From contig JADJRD010000006.1 of NCBI GenBank assembly GCA_016712405.1, positions 8,875 through 72,874 on the forward strand: a DNA stretch of 64,000 nucleotides, written 5' to 3'. The position numbers were made by a program, and so were the translations under genes. Below the pieces are notes generated by a model. The model made no database searches. It was not told the origin of the DNA and saw nothing but the letters and a program-made list of their open reading frames with translations. The stretch is from Cellvibrio sp. Its GTDB lineage: Bacteria > Pseudomonadota > Gammaproteobacteria > Pseudomonadales > Cellvibrionaceae. Shown here piece by piece: positions 47,068-60,556 of the stretch (positions within the stretch are counted from its first letter, which is position 1; the number at the start of each line of letters is the position of its first letter).

Positions 47068-47391
47068 TAATAACCTTCATCTGTCGACGCTAGATGATTG
47101 GAGTATAGAAAAAGGAAATCAACGAAAACGTGAAAAATGTCCAAGAGCTTGCAGTTTTCGACAGAATTGCGGGCTAATCGACAAATTTTGTCAAAAAACC
47201 CAGTGAATCCAGTTACTTAAAGCTCAGAATAGTCATCCCCCTCTTCATCCAAGTCATCAGGCAACGTCAGTACATCTTCAAGATAATCATTCATATCACT
47301 TACCAAAAAATTAGCTGAACCCAGCTTATCTACAAGGCATGACAAGAATGTGAATGACTAATAAATTAATTGAAATATGGGCTACGACTAC

Positions 47392-47422
47392 AAAAAAAGG
47401 CGATCCGAAGATCGCCTTTTTT
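47392..47422. terminator. bidirectional intrinsic terminator after sucD
   Basis: AAAAAAAGGCGATC-cgaa-GATCGCCTTTTTT. Confidence 0.9.
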
Positions 47423-47437
47423 CATCAAAACAGATAA

Positions 47438-48310
47438 TTACCAACCGGTAATTTCTTTCAATGCTTTACCAATGTCCGCCAAACTTTTTACGGTTTTAAC
47501 ACCGGCATCTTCCAATGCTGCGAATTTCTCATCAGCAGTCCCTTTGCCACCAGAAATAATCGCACCAGCATGACCCATACGCTTACCGGCAGGTGCAGTT
47601 ACACCAGCGATGTAAGACACAACAGGTTTGGTCACGTTAGCTTTGATAAAAGCAGCTGCTTCTTCTTCTGCAGAACCACCAATTTCACCGATCATGACGA
47701 TGGCTTCGGTTTGTGGATCAGCTTGGAATAACTTCAGGATGTCGATGAAGTTTGAGCCTGGGATTGGGTCACCACCAATACCTACACAAGTCGATTGGCC
47801 GAAACCATAATCAGTCGTTTGCTTAACGGCTTCATAAGTCAAAGTACCGGAACGGGAAACGATTCCGACTTTACCTGGCTTGTGAATGTGGCCTGGCATA
47901 ATGCCGATTTTACATTCGCCTGGAGTGATAACGCCTGGGCAGTTAGGGCCAATCAAACGTACGCCCAACTCGTCACACTTCACTTTTGCATCCAGCATGT
48001 CGAGTGTAGGAATACCTTCGGTGATACAAACAATCAACTTGATTCCACCAAAAGCGGCTTCGAGGATTGAGTCTTTACAGAAAGCAGCAGGAACATAAAT
48101 AACTGATGCAGTGGCACCGGTAGCAGCAACAGCCTCAGCAACAGTGTTGAACACTGGCAAACCAAGATGCGTTTGACCGCCTTTACCTGGAGTCACACCG
48201 CCGACCATTTTGGTTCCGTAGGCGATTGCTTGTTCGGAGTGGAAAGTACCTTGTGCACCGGTGAAACCTTGGCAGATTACTTTGGTGTCTTTGTTAATTA
48301 GAACGCTCAT
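47438..48310 (-). CDS. sucD: succinyl-CoA synthetase alpha subunit
   Basis: CQGFTG, GPNCPG, RMGHAGA. Confidence 0.97.
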   Translation of the reverse strand: MSVLINKDTKVICQGFTGAQGTFHSEQAIAYGTKMVGGVTPGKGGQTHLGLPVFNTVAEAVAATGATASVIYVPAAFCKDSILEAAFGGIKLIVCITEGIPTLDMLDAKVKCDELGVRLIGPNCPGVITPGECKIGIMPGHIHKPGKVGIVSRSGTLTYEAVKQTTDYGFGQSTCVGIGGDPIPGSNFIDILKLFQADPQTEAIVMIGEIGGSAEEEAAAFIKANVTKPVVSYIAGVTAPAGKRMGHAGAIISGGKGTADEKFAALEDAGVKTVKSLADIGKALKEITGW

Positions 48311-48319
48311 CATTCACTC

Positions 48320-49486
48320 CTAGGCGTTAGCTGCAGCAGCAACGACTTTCTTGGCTGCGCCAGTCAAATCGGTATCAGCAATAATGTTCATGCCGCTTTC
48401 AGTCAGGACTTTAGCGCCCAGTTCAGCGTTGTTGCCTTGCAGACGAACGACTACAGGCACTTTTACACCGACTTCTTTCACAGCACCGATTACACCTTCA
48501 GCGATCATGTCGCAACGAACGATACCACCGAAGATGTTGATGAATACCGCTTTCACTTTGTCATCAGACAGAATGATTTTGAATGCTTCAACAACGCGTT
48601 CTTTAGTCGCACCACCACCTACGTCGAGGAAGTTGGCTGGTTGGCCGCCGTGGTGTTTAACAATGTCCATAGTGCCCATTGCCAAACCTGCGCCGTTAAC
48701 CATACAACCAATGTTGCCGCCGAGTGCAACGTAGTTGAGCTCCCAAGCTTGAGCGTGAGCTTCGCGTGGGTCGTCTTGTGATGGATCATGGAAAGCTTTG
48801 ATATCGGGGTGACGATAAACTGCGTTGGAATCAATAACGATTTTTGCGTCCAAACAATGCAGGTCGCCATCTTTCTTGATAACCAGTGGGTTAACTTCGA
48901 GCAGGGCCAAATCTTTTTCCTGGAACAATTTTGCAAGACCCAAAAAGATCTTCACAAATTGATTCACTTGTTTGTCTTTCAAACCTAATTTGAAAGCCAA
49001 TTCACGGCCTTGGAAACCTTGAGCACCCACTAATGGATCAACAGTGGCTTTCAAAATTTTCTCTGGTGTTTCGTGTGCAACTTTTTCAATTTCAACACCG
49101 CCTTCGGTGGAGGCCATGAATACTATGCGACGGCTTGAGCGATCAACGACTGCGCCTAAATAAAGTTCTTTATCAATATCAGTGCAGGTCTCAACCAAAA
49201 TACGGCTGACAGGCTGACCTTTTTCGTCTGTTTGGTAAGTGACCAAACGTTGGCCCAACCATTTTTCAGCAAAGGCTTTGATTTCATCTTTTGATTTCAC
49301 CAGCTTAACGCCGCCCGCTTTACCGCGGCCACCAGCGTGAACCTGAGCTTTTACGACGAACATATCGCCGCCAATTTGATCTGCGGCTGCAACAGCTTCT
49401 TCAACGGTTGCGGCAGCAATGCCTTTGGAAACAGGCAAACCATATTGGGCAAACAATTGTTTACCCTGATATTCGTGCAAATTCAT
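48320..49486 (-). CDS. sucC: succinyl-CoA synthetase beta subunit
   Basis: [31 protein letters not shown]; start ATG 49486 gives 388 aa. Confidence 0.97.
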   Translation of the reverse strand: MNLHEYQGKQLFAQYGLPVSKGIAAATVEEAVAAADQIGGDMFVVKAQVHAGGRGKAGGVKLVKSKDEIKAFAEKWLGQRLVTYQTDEKGQPVSRILVETCTDIDKELYLGAVVDRSSRRIVFMASTEGGVEIEKVAHETPEKILKATVDPLVGAQGFQGRELAFKLGLKDKQVNQFVKIFLGLAKLFQEKDLALLEVNPLVIKKDGDLHCLDAKIVIDSNAVYRHPDIKAFHDPSQDDPREAHAQAWELNYVALGGNIGCMVNGAGLAMGTMDIVKHHGGQPANFLDVGGGATKERVVEAFKIILSDDKVKAVFINIFGGIVRCDMIAEGVIGAVKEVGVKVPVVVRLQGNNAELGAKVLTESGMNIIADTDLTGAAKKVVAAAANA

Positions 49487-49615
49487 GGTGTTGTTCCATT
49501 TGACGATGTTGGACAGTTTTGAGTTTTTGCCAACGGGGTTATCTATGGCAAACAAGCCTTGTGAGCCTGCCGCCGCCTAAAAGTAAGAACTCTATGGTTC
49601 TCTTAACGCTTCTTC

Positions 49616-51153
<1,538 letters not shown>

Positions 51154-51170
51154 ATTGAATAAAAATTAAA

Positions 51171-52364
51171 TTAAATTTCCAACAAAATGCGCGCAGGATC
51201 TTCCAACAAATCTTTAATAGTCACCAGGAATTGCACTGCATCTTTTCCATCCAACAAACGGTGGTCATAAGACAAAGCCAAATACATCATCGGCAGAATT
51301 TCTACTTTGCCATTCACTGCCATTGGGCGTTCTTGAATCTTGTGCATACCGAGAATTGCAGATTGTGGCAAATTCAAAATCGGCGTGGACAACAAAGAAC
51401 CAAAGGTTCCGCCGTTAGTGATAGTAAAAGTACCGCCTGACATTTCTTCGATGCCCAACTTACCGTCACGTGCACGCGCACCAAAATCACGAATCGTATT
51501 TTCGATAGTGGCGAGGCTCATATTTTCTGCGTTGCGTAACACAGGCACTACCAAACCTTTATCGGTTGATACGGCCACACCAATATCCTGATAACCGTGA
51601 TATACCACATCGTTACCATCAATAGAGGCATTCACCACCGGGAAACGACGCAATGCTTCAGCAGCGGCTTTTACGAAGAAACTCATAAAGCCCAAACGTG
51701 CGCCGTTGTGTGACTTTTCAAATTGATCTTTGTATTTGGCACGCAGTGCCATGATCGGTGCCATGTTCACTTCGTTGAAGGTAGTCAACATTGCGGTAGT
51801 ACTAGTGGCTTCAAGTAAACGTTCGGCAATGCGCTTGCGCAAACGAGTCATAGGCACACGCTTTTCAACACGATCACCGGTTGCTTCGATAGCGACTGGA
51901 GCAACCGTAGTTGCTGCAACAACAGGTGCTGATTTCAAATGATTGGCAACATCTTCTTTCAATACGCGACCATCTTTGCCAGAACCGGCAACAGCAGCTG
52001 CATTGATATTATTTTCTTCTGCCATTTTGCGAGCAGCAGGATTCACCGCTTTCTCTGTAGTTGCCGCTGCAGGTTTTGCTTCTGCTTTTGGTGCAGCTGT
52101 TGCTGCAGGAGCAGAAGCAGAAGCGGAGCCTTCTACAAACTTGGCAATCACTTCGTTACTCAGAACAGTATCGCCTTCGCCTTTAAAGATTTCAGCAATG
52201 CTTCCATCGGCAGGCGCCACTACTTCCAATACAACTTTGTCAGTTTCAATATCAACAATTAATTCATCACGTTTGACGGCTTCACCAGGTTTTTTATGCC
52301 AGGTTGCCACAGTGCCATCAGCAACTGATTCAGGAAATGTAGGGGCTTTGATTTCGATACTCAT
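51171..52364 (-). CDS. sucB: 2-oxoglutarate dehydrogenase E2
   Basis: [27 protein letters not shown]. Confidence 0.97.
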   Translation of the reverse strand: MSIEIKAPTFPESVADGTVATWHKKPGEAVKRDELIVDIETDKVVLEVVAPADGSIAEIFKGEGDTVLSNEVIAKFVEGSASASAPAATAAPKAEAKPAAATTEKAVNPAARKMAEENNINAAAVAGSGKDGRVLKEDVANHLKSAPVVAATTVAPVAIEATGDRVEKRVPMTRLRKRIAERLLEATSTTAMLTTFNEVNMAPIMALRAKYKDQFEKSHNGARLGFMSFFVKAAAEALRRFPVVNASIDGNDVVYHGYQDIGVAVSTDKGLVVPVLRNAENMSLATIENTIRDFGARARDGKLGIEEMSGGTFTITNGGTFGSLLSTPILNLPQSAILGMHKIQERPMAVNGKVEILPMMYLALSYDHRLLDGKDAVQFLVTIKDLLEDPARILLEI

Positions 52365-52411
52365 TTTGATTCCATCTCTCTTAGCGCTATTAACAGTGAA
52401 TTTTCAAATAA

Positions 52412-55246
52412 TCAAACATTGAGTGCTTGATCAACAAAACGTTTTTCTTCTTCGATATGAGCCGACATATAACCACCTGCTGGCGCTGCTAACGAAGGTC
52501 GACCGACATATTCCAAATACAAATTGGGGTATATGTCATCTACCACGCGACGCATACGATGCTGGCTACTGTACCAAGCGCCTTGGTTCATTGGACACTC
52601 TTGACACCAATAAATACTTTTGATGTTTTTGAATGGTGCCAATGCTGCTCTGAGTTCTTGATCCGGGAAAGGATAAAGCTGCTCTATACGTATCAAGGCA
52701 ACATTTTCCTGATTCCGCTTCATCATCTCAGCCAACAAGGTGTAATAGACCTTGCCGCTACACAATATCACCCGTTCAGTTTTGGCTGGATCTACACGAG
52801 TATCACCAATCACATTTTGGAATTGACCACTGGATAAATCTTCCAATGTGGAGATTGCCAAAGGATGACGCAACAGGGACTTAGGACTCATCACTACCAA
52901 TGGACGACGCATGGGGCGAATCGCCTGGCGACGTAGCATATGATAAACCTGTGCCGGAGTGGTAGGGATACAGACTTGGATGTTGTGTTCAGCACACAAC
53001 TGCATAAAGCGTTCAAGGCGAGCGGAAGAATGCTCTGGGCCCTGCCCTTCATAACCATGTGGTAACAACATGGTTAGACCACACAAACGACCCCACTTAT
53101 GCTCACCACTGGTAATGAACTGATCGATAACGACTTGCGCACCGTTGGCGAAATCACCAAATTGCGCTTCCCAAATCACCAACCCAGAAGGTGCTGTAGT
53201 TGAGTAGCCATATTCAAACGCCAATACCGCTTCTTCTGACAAATAAGAATCATACAGGGTGAAATCCGGTTGGCCTGACTTCATGTTACACAACGGTGTG
53301 TAGGCAGAACCGTCTTTTTGGCTGTGCACAACCGCATGGCGATGCGAGAAAGTACCGCGCCCGACATCCTGACCCGTCATACGTACTGGATAACCTTGCT
53401 CAATCAAAGTTGCGTAAGCCAGAGTTTCTGCCATTCCCCAGTTCAGTGGTAAAGCACCAGCCGACATTTTGCGACGATCTTCGTAAATTTTTTCCACTTG
53501 TTTTTGCAAGACTATTCCGTCAGGAATTTCACACATTTTATTGGCGAGCGCTTGCAACTTTTGCAGATCAAATCCGGTGTTAGCTTTTGTCTGCCAATCG
53601 TGACCTAAATAGGGTGTCCAATCCACAAACAAACTACTGTCAGGCTCACTCACCAAACCACTGGCAACATGCTCACCACGGTCCAAAGCAGCACGGTAAT
53701 TAGTAACCAAATTATCAGCATCGGTTTGAGTCAATAAACTTTCTGCTACCAATTTATCAGCATACAAAGTGCGAGTGGTTTTCAAATTGCGGATGACTTG
53801 GTACATCAAAGGTTGTGTTGCAGATGGCTCGTCGGTTTCGTTATGACCACGACGGCGATAACAAACCAAATCGATTACTACATCTTTTTTAAATTCGTAA
53901 CGATAATCAACCGCTAATTGTGCAACAAATAAAACTGCTTCAGGGTCATCACCATTCACATGGAAAATCGGTGCCTCGATCATTTTGGCAACGTCAGTGC
54001 AATATTCCGTTGAGCGAGAATCTTCTTTTTTGTTAGTGGTAAAACCCACCTGATTGTTGATCACAATATGCAAAGTACCGCCAGTGCCGTAAGCGCGGGT
54101 TTGTGACATTTGGAAAGTTTCCATGACCACACCCTGACCAGCAAATGCAGCATCACCATGCACCACAATTGGCACTACCGTACTACCTGTTTTATCCAAT
54201 CGACGATCTTGGCGGGCACGGACAGACCCTTCAACTACAGGCGATACAATTTCCAGATGCGATGGGTTAAACGCCATAGCCATGTGTAACTCACCGCCAG
54301 GTGTCATTACGTTGGATGAAAAACCTGAGTGATACTTCACATCACCAGAGGTATTGAGCGATCGCTTGCCGTCAAATTCAGCAAACAAATCCGCAGGATT
54401 TTTACCAAACACATTCACTAATGCATTCAAACGACCACGGTGTGCCATACCCAACACAATTTCTTTTGCACCGTAAGTACCAGAACGTTTAACCAATGAA
54501 TCCACAAGAGGAATAAAACTTTCACCACCTTCCAAACCAAAACGTTTGGTACCGGGGTATTTACTATCCAAATGTTTTTCCAAGCCTTCGGCAGCAGTCA
54601 AACGCTCCAATAACGCCAAGCGTTGTTCTTTGGTGAACGTGGGTTTTGAACGTACAGATTCCAAACGCTGTTGCAACCATTGTTTTTCAGCCAATGGTGT
54701 GATGTGCATAATTTCTGCACCAATTTTTCCGCAGTAGGTTTGTTCCAATGCATCCACGATTTCTTTCAGCGTGGCCGTTTCTTTTCCGATAAACAAACTG
54801 CCAGTGCTAAAACCGGTATCTAAATCTGCATTAGTTAAACCGTGAAAACTTAATTCAAGATCAGGCACAGGTGAACGCTGCATCAAGCCTAGAGGATCAA
54901 GCTGCGCTTTTTGATGTCCACGAAAGCGATAGGAACTAATCAGCTGTATCAATTTAATTTGTTTTTGCTCGTGATCTGCTCCAGCTGCACCCACAGTAGC
55001 AACCGTACGCACCCGGCTTTTGCCCAATTGCTCGAACTGAGCGCGAACAACCGAATGAGGAACATCCTGACTCAACACACCATTTACACGAGGCAGCTGA
55101 TCAAAATAATTTTTCCACTCAGTTGGAATTGAATTGGGGTTGTGCAAATAAGCGTCGTAGAGTTCCTCAACATAAGCGGCATTTCCGCCTGAAATATGCG
55201 AGCTTGCCCAAAGTTGCGCCATGCTGGAGTCTTGCATTCCACTCAC
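52412..55246 (-). CDS. sucA: 2-oxoglutarate dehydrogenase E1
   Basis: GMAHRGRLN, HGDAAFAGQG, WEAQFGDFANGAQ, GQGPEHSS. Confidence 0.97.
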   Translation of the reverse strand: MSGMQDSSMAQLWASSHISGGNAAYVEELYDAYLHNPNSIPTEWKNYFDQLPRVNGVLSQDVPHSVVRAQFEQLGKSRVRTVATVGAAGADHEQKQIKLIQLISSYRFRGHQKAQLDPLGLMQRSPVPDLELSFHGLTNADLDTGFSTGSLFIGKETATLKEIVDALEQTYCGKIGAEIMHITPLAEKQWLQQRLESVRSKPTFTKEQRLALLERLTAAEGLEKHLDSKYPGTKRFGLEGGESFIPLVDSLVKRSGTYGAKEIVLGMAHRGRLNALVNVFGKNPADLFAEFDGKRSLNTSGDVKYHSGFSSNVMTPGGELHMAMAFNPSHLEIVSPVVEGSVRARQDRRLDKTGSTVVPIVVHGDAAFAGQGVVMETFQMSQTRAYGTGGTLHIVINNQVGFTTNKKEDSRSTEYCTDVAKMIEAPIFHVNGDDPEAVLFVAQLAVDYRYEFKKDVVIDLVCYRRRGHNETDEPSATQPLMYQVIRNLKTTRTLYADKLVAESLLTQTDADNLVTNYRAALDRGEHVASGLVSEPDSSLFVDWTPYLGHDWQTKANTGFDLQKLQALANKMCEIPDGIVLQKQVEKIYEDRRKMSAGALPLNWGMAETLAYATLIEQGYPVRMTGQDVGRGTFSHRHAVVHSQKDGSAYTPLCNMKSGQPDFTLYDSYLSEEAVLAFEYGYSTTAPSGLVIWEAQFGDFANGAQVVIDQFITSGEHKWGRLCGLTMLLPHGYEGQGPEHSSARLERFMQLCAEHNIQVCIPTTPAQVYHMLRRQAIRPMRRPLVVMSPKSLLRHPLAISTLEDLSSGQFQNVIGDTRVDPAKTERVILCSGKVYYTLLAEMMKRNQENVALIRIEQLYPFPDQELRAALAPFKNIKSIYWCQECPMNQGAWYSSQHRMRRVVDDIYPNLYLEYVGRPSLAAPAGGYMSAHIEEEKRFVDQALNV

Positions 55247-55317
55247 CTTAAATGTTTTTTAACTGCAGTTGTATTTCAAAAAATCAATCGTAAAAAAATT
55301 CAATCATATAAATGTGC

Positions 55318-55340
55318 AAAAGCGCTACTTAGGTAGCGCT
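55318..55340 (-). terminator. hairpin overlapping the sdhB stop codon
   Basis: AGCGCTAC-ttag-GTAGCGCT with a short T run on the minus strand. Confidence 0.5.
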
Positions 55341-56033
55341 CTGCAATAACATGTTTCGTATATGACCAATCGCTCTAGTCGGGTTCAACCCTTTCGGACA
55401 AACCGCCACACAGTTCTGAATTCCATGGCAGCGGAAAACACTGAATGGATCATCAAGGTTGGCCAAGCGCTTAGCCGTTGCCAAATCACGGCTGTCTGCA
55501 AGGAATCGATAAGCCTGCAACAAACCGGCAGGGCCAATAAATTTATCAGGATTCCACCAGAAAGATGGACAGCTGGTTGAACAACAAGCACACAAAATAC
55601 ATTCATAAAGACCATCAAGTTTTTCGCGATCTTCTGGCGATTGCAAACGTTCAATCGCAGGTGCCGGTGTATCATTTTGCAAATAGGGTTCGATTTTTTT
55701 GTATTGATCGTAGAACTGGGTCATATCTACAACCAAATCACGAATGACTGGCAAACCAGGCAGCGGACGCAGAATCAGTGTGTTGTTTTTGATACATTCA
55801 GAAATAGGTTTGATGCAAGCCAAACCATTTTTTCCATTGATGTTCATACCATCAGAACCACACACACCTTCGCGACATGAACGACGATAAGCGAGTGACT
55901 CATCCTGACTTTTTAGCAACTCCAAAACATCCAACACCATTAAATCTTTACCATGAGTCTCAACTTCGTAAGTCTTCATGTAGGGCGCGTTATCAGTGTC
56001 AGGATTGTAACGATAAACTTGAACTTTTAGCAT
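55329..56033 (-). CDS. sdhB: succinate dehydrogenase Fe-S subunit
   Basis: SCREGVCGSDG, CILCACCSTSCP, CHGIQNCVAVCPK. Confidence 0.97.
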   Translation of the reverse strand: MLKVQVYRYNPDTDNAPYMKTYEVETHGKDLMVLDVLELLKSQDESLAYRRSCREGVCGSDGMNINGKNGLACIKPISECIKNNTLILRPLPGLPVIRDLVVDMTQFYDQYKKIEPYLQNDTPAPAIERLQSPEDREKLDGLYECILCACCSTSCPSFWWNPDKFIGPAGLLQAYRFLADSRDLATAKRLANLDDPFSVFRCHGIQNCVAVCPKGLNPTRAIGHIRNMLLQSAT

Positions 56034-56048
56034 GATTCAGCTCCCCAA

Positions 56049-57816
56049 TTAATATGTACGTTCTTTTGGTTGGAAAGCTTCCATAGTGCGCGGTTTGAAA
56101 TTCACCGCACGCTTGCCGACACGCTTTTCACCGGGGAAATAAACTGAGTGACACAACCAGTTAGCATCATCACGTGTTTCAAAATCTTCACGCGCATGCG
56201 CACCGCGAGATTCTTTTCTTTCTTCAGCAGCAATTGCGGTTGCTTCTGCCACTTCCAATAAATTTTGCAATTCCAAGGCTTCGATACGGGCAGTATTAAA
56301 TGCGTTGCTCTTATCGGTAATTGCGACATTTTCAATACGCTTGCGAAGCTCAGCCAACTGCTGAATACCTTTCTGCATAAACTCGCCTTTGCGGAATACG
56401 CCGAAATAATTTTGCATGATGGTTTGCAACTCTTTGCGCAAAACCGATGCGCTTTCACCTGAATTCGAAGTGTTGATTTTGTTCAAACGCGACATAGCTT
56501 TTTCAATATCGGATTGAGTGGCGTCGCGATGCTCAACACCTTCACGCAAGGCTTTTTCGATATACAAACCGGCAGCACGACCAAACACCACCAAATCCAA
56601 CAGTGAATTACCGCCTAAACGGTTGGCACCGTGTACTGATACGCATGCAACTTCACCACAAGCAAACAAACCATCGATAACAACATCATTACCATTAGCA
56701 TCAACTGTAAGAGCCTGACCGTTCACATTGGTTGGAATACCACCCATCATATAGTGGCAAGTCGGGATTACAGGGATCGGCGCTTTAACCGGATCAACAT
56801 GTGCAAAGGTACGTGATAATTCACAAATACCGGGTAATTTGCTTTCGAGAACCTCTTCACCCAGGTGATCCAGTTTCAACAACACATGATCACCATCAGG
56901 ACCACAACCATTGCCAGCAATAATTTCACGAATCATTGAACGCGCAACCACATCACGACCCGCCAAATCTTTTGCGTTTGGTGCGTAACGCTCCATAAAA
57001 CGCTCGCCGTGTTTGTTGATGAGATAACCACCTTCACCACGACAACCTTCTGTCACCAATACACCAGCACCCGCAATTCCTGTTGGGTGGAACTGCCACA
57101 TTTCAATATCTTGCACGGGGAACCCAGCACGCAACGCCATACCCACACCATCACCGGTATTGATGTGCGCATTGGTAGTAGATGCATAAATTCGCCCTGC
57201 ACCACCCGTTGCCAACACAGTGGCCTTGGCTTTTACATAAACAGTTTCACCATCTTCAATATTAATGGCGATAACACCCACAACTGCGCCGTCAGCATTC
57301 TTTACCAAATCAACCGCAAACCACTCATTTAAAAACACGGTTTTGTTTTTTACATTAGATTGATAAAGCGTGTGCAATAAGGCATGACCTGTGCGGTCTG
57401 CGGCTGCACAAGTACGCGCCGCTTGTGTTGGATTATCAGGCCCTTTGATTGACCACCGAATGGACGCTGATAAATGCGGCCATTTTCAGTACGGGAGAAA
57501 GGCAAACCCATATGTTCCAATTCAAATACAGCTTCAGAATGACGGAACACATATATTCGATAGCATCCTGATCACCTATGTAATCAGATCCCTTAACTGT
57601 GTCATACATGTGCCAACGCCAATCATCATTTGGATCAGCACTGGCAATCGCACAGGTGATACCACCTTGAGCCGATACAGTATGCGAACGTGTTGGAAAT
57701 ACTTTGGTGATTACAGCAGTTTTGTAGCCAGATTGAGCCAATTGCAAAGCTGCGCGCATACCCGCGCCACCGCCGCCAACTACAATCCCATCAAACGAAA
57801 TAGTGCGCATAGCCAT
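56049..57816 (-). CDS. sdhA: succinate dehydrogenase flavoprotein; two missing bases near 57441 and 57537
   Basis: [41 protein letters not shown] spread over three frames. Confidence 0.93.
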
Positions 57817-58187
57817 TATTGAATACCCCAAATGATTTCAATACCCCAAACCAAATAGGTAACAGCAACGCTACCCAGCATCATTTGGGCAAAAATACGG
57901 AGAAATGTTGCCTTTTTACCAATCAAACGTATGGTTAAGTAATCGGTAAGCACAGCCCACAAACCAATCCAAGCATGAGAAATAAAAGACAACAGAGTAA
58001 CCAGAGTAAACACCCTCATCCACAATTGGCTGTACAAGGATTTCCACTGATCAAAGGTTAAATCGGGATTTAATAAAAGATAGGCGACTATAAAAATTGT
58101 GTAGGCAGCCATTGCGGCACCTCCCACACGCTGAATCAACCAATCATAAAGACCGCTGCGACCGAAACTGGTGACTGAAGTTACCAT
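57816..58187 (-). CDS. sdhD: succinate dehydrogenase membrane anchor
   Basis: [25 protein letters not shown]. Confidence 0.93.
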   Translation of the reverse strand: MVTSVTSFGRSGLYDWLIQRVGGAAMAAYTIFIVAYLLLNPDLTFDQWKSLYSQLWMRVFTLVTLLSFISHAWIGLWAVLTDYLTIRLIGKKATFLRIFAQMMLGSVAVTYLVWGIEIIWGIQ

Positions 58188-58555
58188 ATCCACACTCCTG
58201 CTAATGCAATCAATATGATGGAAAGAACCAGCGCAATTTTTGCGCCCAGCTGACCACCTTTAAGCGACTCACCAATGCCAAAGTCCATTATAAAATGACG
58301 CAAGCCCATCACCGTGTGATAAGCCAACAAGGCAAGAATTCCAAAGAGCACGATATGGCAAATAGGGTGATTACCCAGAGTTTTTACTGTGGCAAAACTT
58401 TCAGGTGACTCAAGACTGGCCTGCAGCATCCACATAAGTGCTGCAACACCACCAAAAAGAAGTATGCCGGTAACACGATGGGTAATAGATACAAGAGCAG
58501 TGATTGGAAGTTTGAATGTAGAAAAATCGAGATTGACGGGTCTTTTTTTGTTCAC
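58181..58555 (-). CDS. sdhC: succinate dehydrogenase cytochrome b556 subunit
   Basis: KRPVNLD, SITHRVTG, GLRHFIMD. Confidence 0.93.
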   Translation of the reverse strand: MNKKRPVNLDFSTFKLPITALVSITHRVTGILLFGGVAALMWMLQASLESPESFATVKTLGNHPICHIVLFGILALLAYHTVMGLRHFIMDFGIGESLKGGQLGAKIALVLSIILIALAGVWIW

Positions 58556-59024
58556 GGTTTCGTTACCTTATGCCTAAGAAGGCAGGTTAAACACATGCGC
58601 ATCAGCAATAAAACAAGGACAAAAAATTGCTTTTTGACGAGTGCGCCCTGCAAAACGCGCTGCATTATAGAGAGTGGGGTTTGGAAACACAAACAAAAAT
58701 CTGAGTAGAAACGACTCATTACCCTCTATTTACGCAAAGTTTTCATATTCACGAAATATCGATTCAAGATACTGATTTCATTGAAATTAAAAGGCTCAAT
58801 TTTGCCCCAAGGTTGAACACAACAAACTATTTCGCACCAGACCAAGGCAAACTCATAAAATAAAGCAGATGTTTGATGATATGGCAAATTTGTACTTCAC
58901 TCTTATTGAGTTTTTCCGAGAATCAAGGGCAAAATCTTTCGACTTGTTTAACAACTTGTCTATAATGCCGCTCCGAAAATTGAATAATCCCTTGTTAAAT
59001 CCATAGTAAACACAGGAGTCAGTA

Positions 59025-60305
59025 ATGACTGACAAGAAAGCACATCTCACAATTGATGGTATTGATACGAAGATTGAATGCCCCGTTTTATCCAGCACCA
59101 TAGGCCCCGCCGTAATCGACGTCACAGGAATCACCAAAAACGGATTTTTTACTTTCGACCCAGGATTTATGTCTACCGCCTCATGTGAATCCAAAATAAC
59201 CTACATTGATGGCGACGAAGGCATTCTGCTCCACCGCGGTTACCCGATTGAACAACTTGCAGTCTCCTCTGATTACCTCGAAACCTGTTACTTACTTCTT
59301 AATGGCGAACTGCCAACCCCAGAACAAAAAGCTGAATTCACTAGCGAAATCAAAAAACATTCTGCTGTCGATTCTTCTATTGCCAACATCATCAAAAGTT
59401 TTAAACGCGATTCACACCCAATGGCGATTTTGTGCAGCGCTGTTGCTGCGTTGGCCGCCGTTTACAACGATGAAATTGACATCACCAATGCTGACAGTCG
59501 CAAATTAACGGCTTACCGTTTAATTGGCCAAATGCCAACCTTGTCCGCCATGGTGTACAAGCATCGTCAAGGTGAAGAATTTATTGCGCCTGACAACAAC
59601 TTGTCTTTTGCTGAAAATTATTTGCACATGACCTTTGGTAAAGCAGGTCAAGCACCCAACGTTAGCAAAACCATTGCTAAAGCCATGGATCGCATTTTTG
59701 TATTGCACGCCGATCACGAACAAAATGCATCGACATCCACCGTGCGTTTATCGGGATCCTCTGGCACCAATCCATTCGCTGCTATTGCGGCAGGCATTTC
59801 AACTTTGTGGGGCCCAGCTCACGGTGGCGCCAATGAAGCTGTTCTCGAAATGCTGGAAGAAATTGGTACTTTGGATAATGTTGAATCCTGTGTTGCTCGA
59901 GCTAAAGACAAAACCTCAGGTTTCCGCCTGATGGGTTTCGGTCATCGCGTTTATAAAAACTTTGACCCACGCGCTAAAGTAATGAAGCAAACCTGTGATG
60001 AAGTATTAAGTGAATTAGGTCTGCAAAATGAACCCATGTTGGCGATTGCCAAACGCCTGGAACAAATTGCATTGGAAGATCCTTATTTCATTTCCAAAAA
60101 ACTCTATCCAAACGTCGATTTTTATTCAGGGATTATCATGAAAGCCATAGGTATCCCGACTGAAATGTTTACCGTTATTTTTGCCTTGGGTCGTGCCGTA
60201 GGTTGGTATTCCCATTGGGATGAAATGGTCAGCAGCCCATACAAAATTGGTCGTCCACGTCAACGTTATACGGGCAGCCCAAAACGCGATTATCCAAAAA
60301 AGTAA
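59025..60305 (+). CDS. gltA: type II citrate synthase
   Basis: [39 protein letters not shown]. Confidence 0.97.
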   Translation: MTDKKAHLTIDGIDTKIECPVLSSTIGPAVIDVTGITKNGFFTFDPGFMSTASCESKITYIDGDEGILLHRGYPIEQLAVSSDYLETCYLLLNGELPTPEQKAEFTSEIKKHSAVDSSIANIIKSFKRDSHPMAILCSAVAALAAVYNDEIDITNADSRKLTAYRLIGQMPTLSAMVYKHRQGEEFIAPDNNLSFAENYLHMTFGKAGQAPNVSKTIAKAMDRIFVLHADHEQNASTSTVRLSGSSGTNPFAAIAAGISTLWGPAHGGANEAVLEMLEEIGTLDNVESCVARAKDKTSGFRLMGFGHRVYKNFDPRAKVMKQTCDEVLSELGLQNEPMLAIAKRLEQIALEDPYFISKKLYPNVDFYSGIIMKAIGIPTEMFTVIFALGRAVGWYSHWDEMVSSPYKIGRPRQRYTGSPKRDYPKK

Positions 60306-60320
60306 TCCAGTGATTTAAAT

Positions 60321-60355
60321 AATAAAGGCCGCAAGTTTTGCTTGCGGCCTTTATT
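60321..60355. terminator. intrinsic terminator after gltA
   Basis: AATAAAGGCCGCAAG-ttttg-CTTGCGGCCTTTATT. Confidence 0.85.
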
Positions 60356-60556
60356 TTAATTCTAAAGAGTCGATCATTAAAAAACCACCGAAAAACAAAA
60401 AAGTGGTAGCCATCCAAATCGCAAGGTTTTACCTAGTCTAGTGCGATTTTCCTTTAATCTGGAGTGATAATTTTACCTAATTTTTTATTTGAAATTAGTG
60501 ATTTAGTGTTTTTAATAGGCAAATACAAATTGGCAAGGGTAGAGTTGTTTTAGCGC

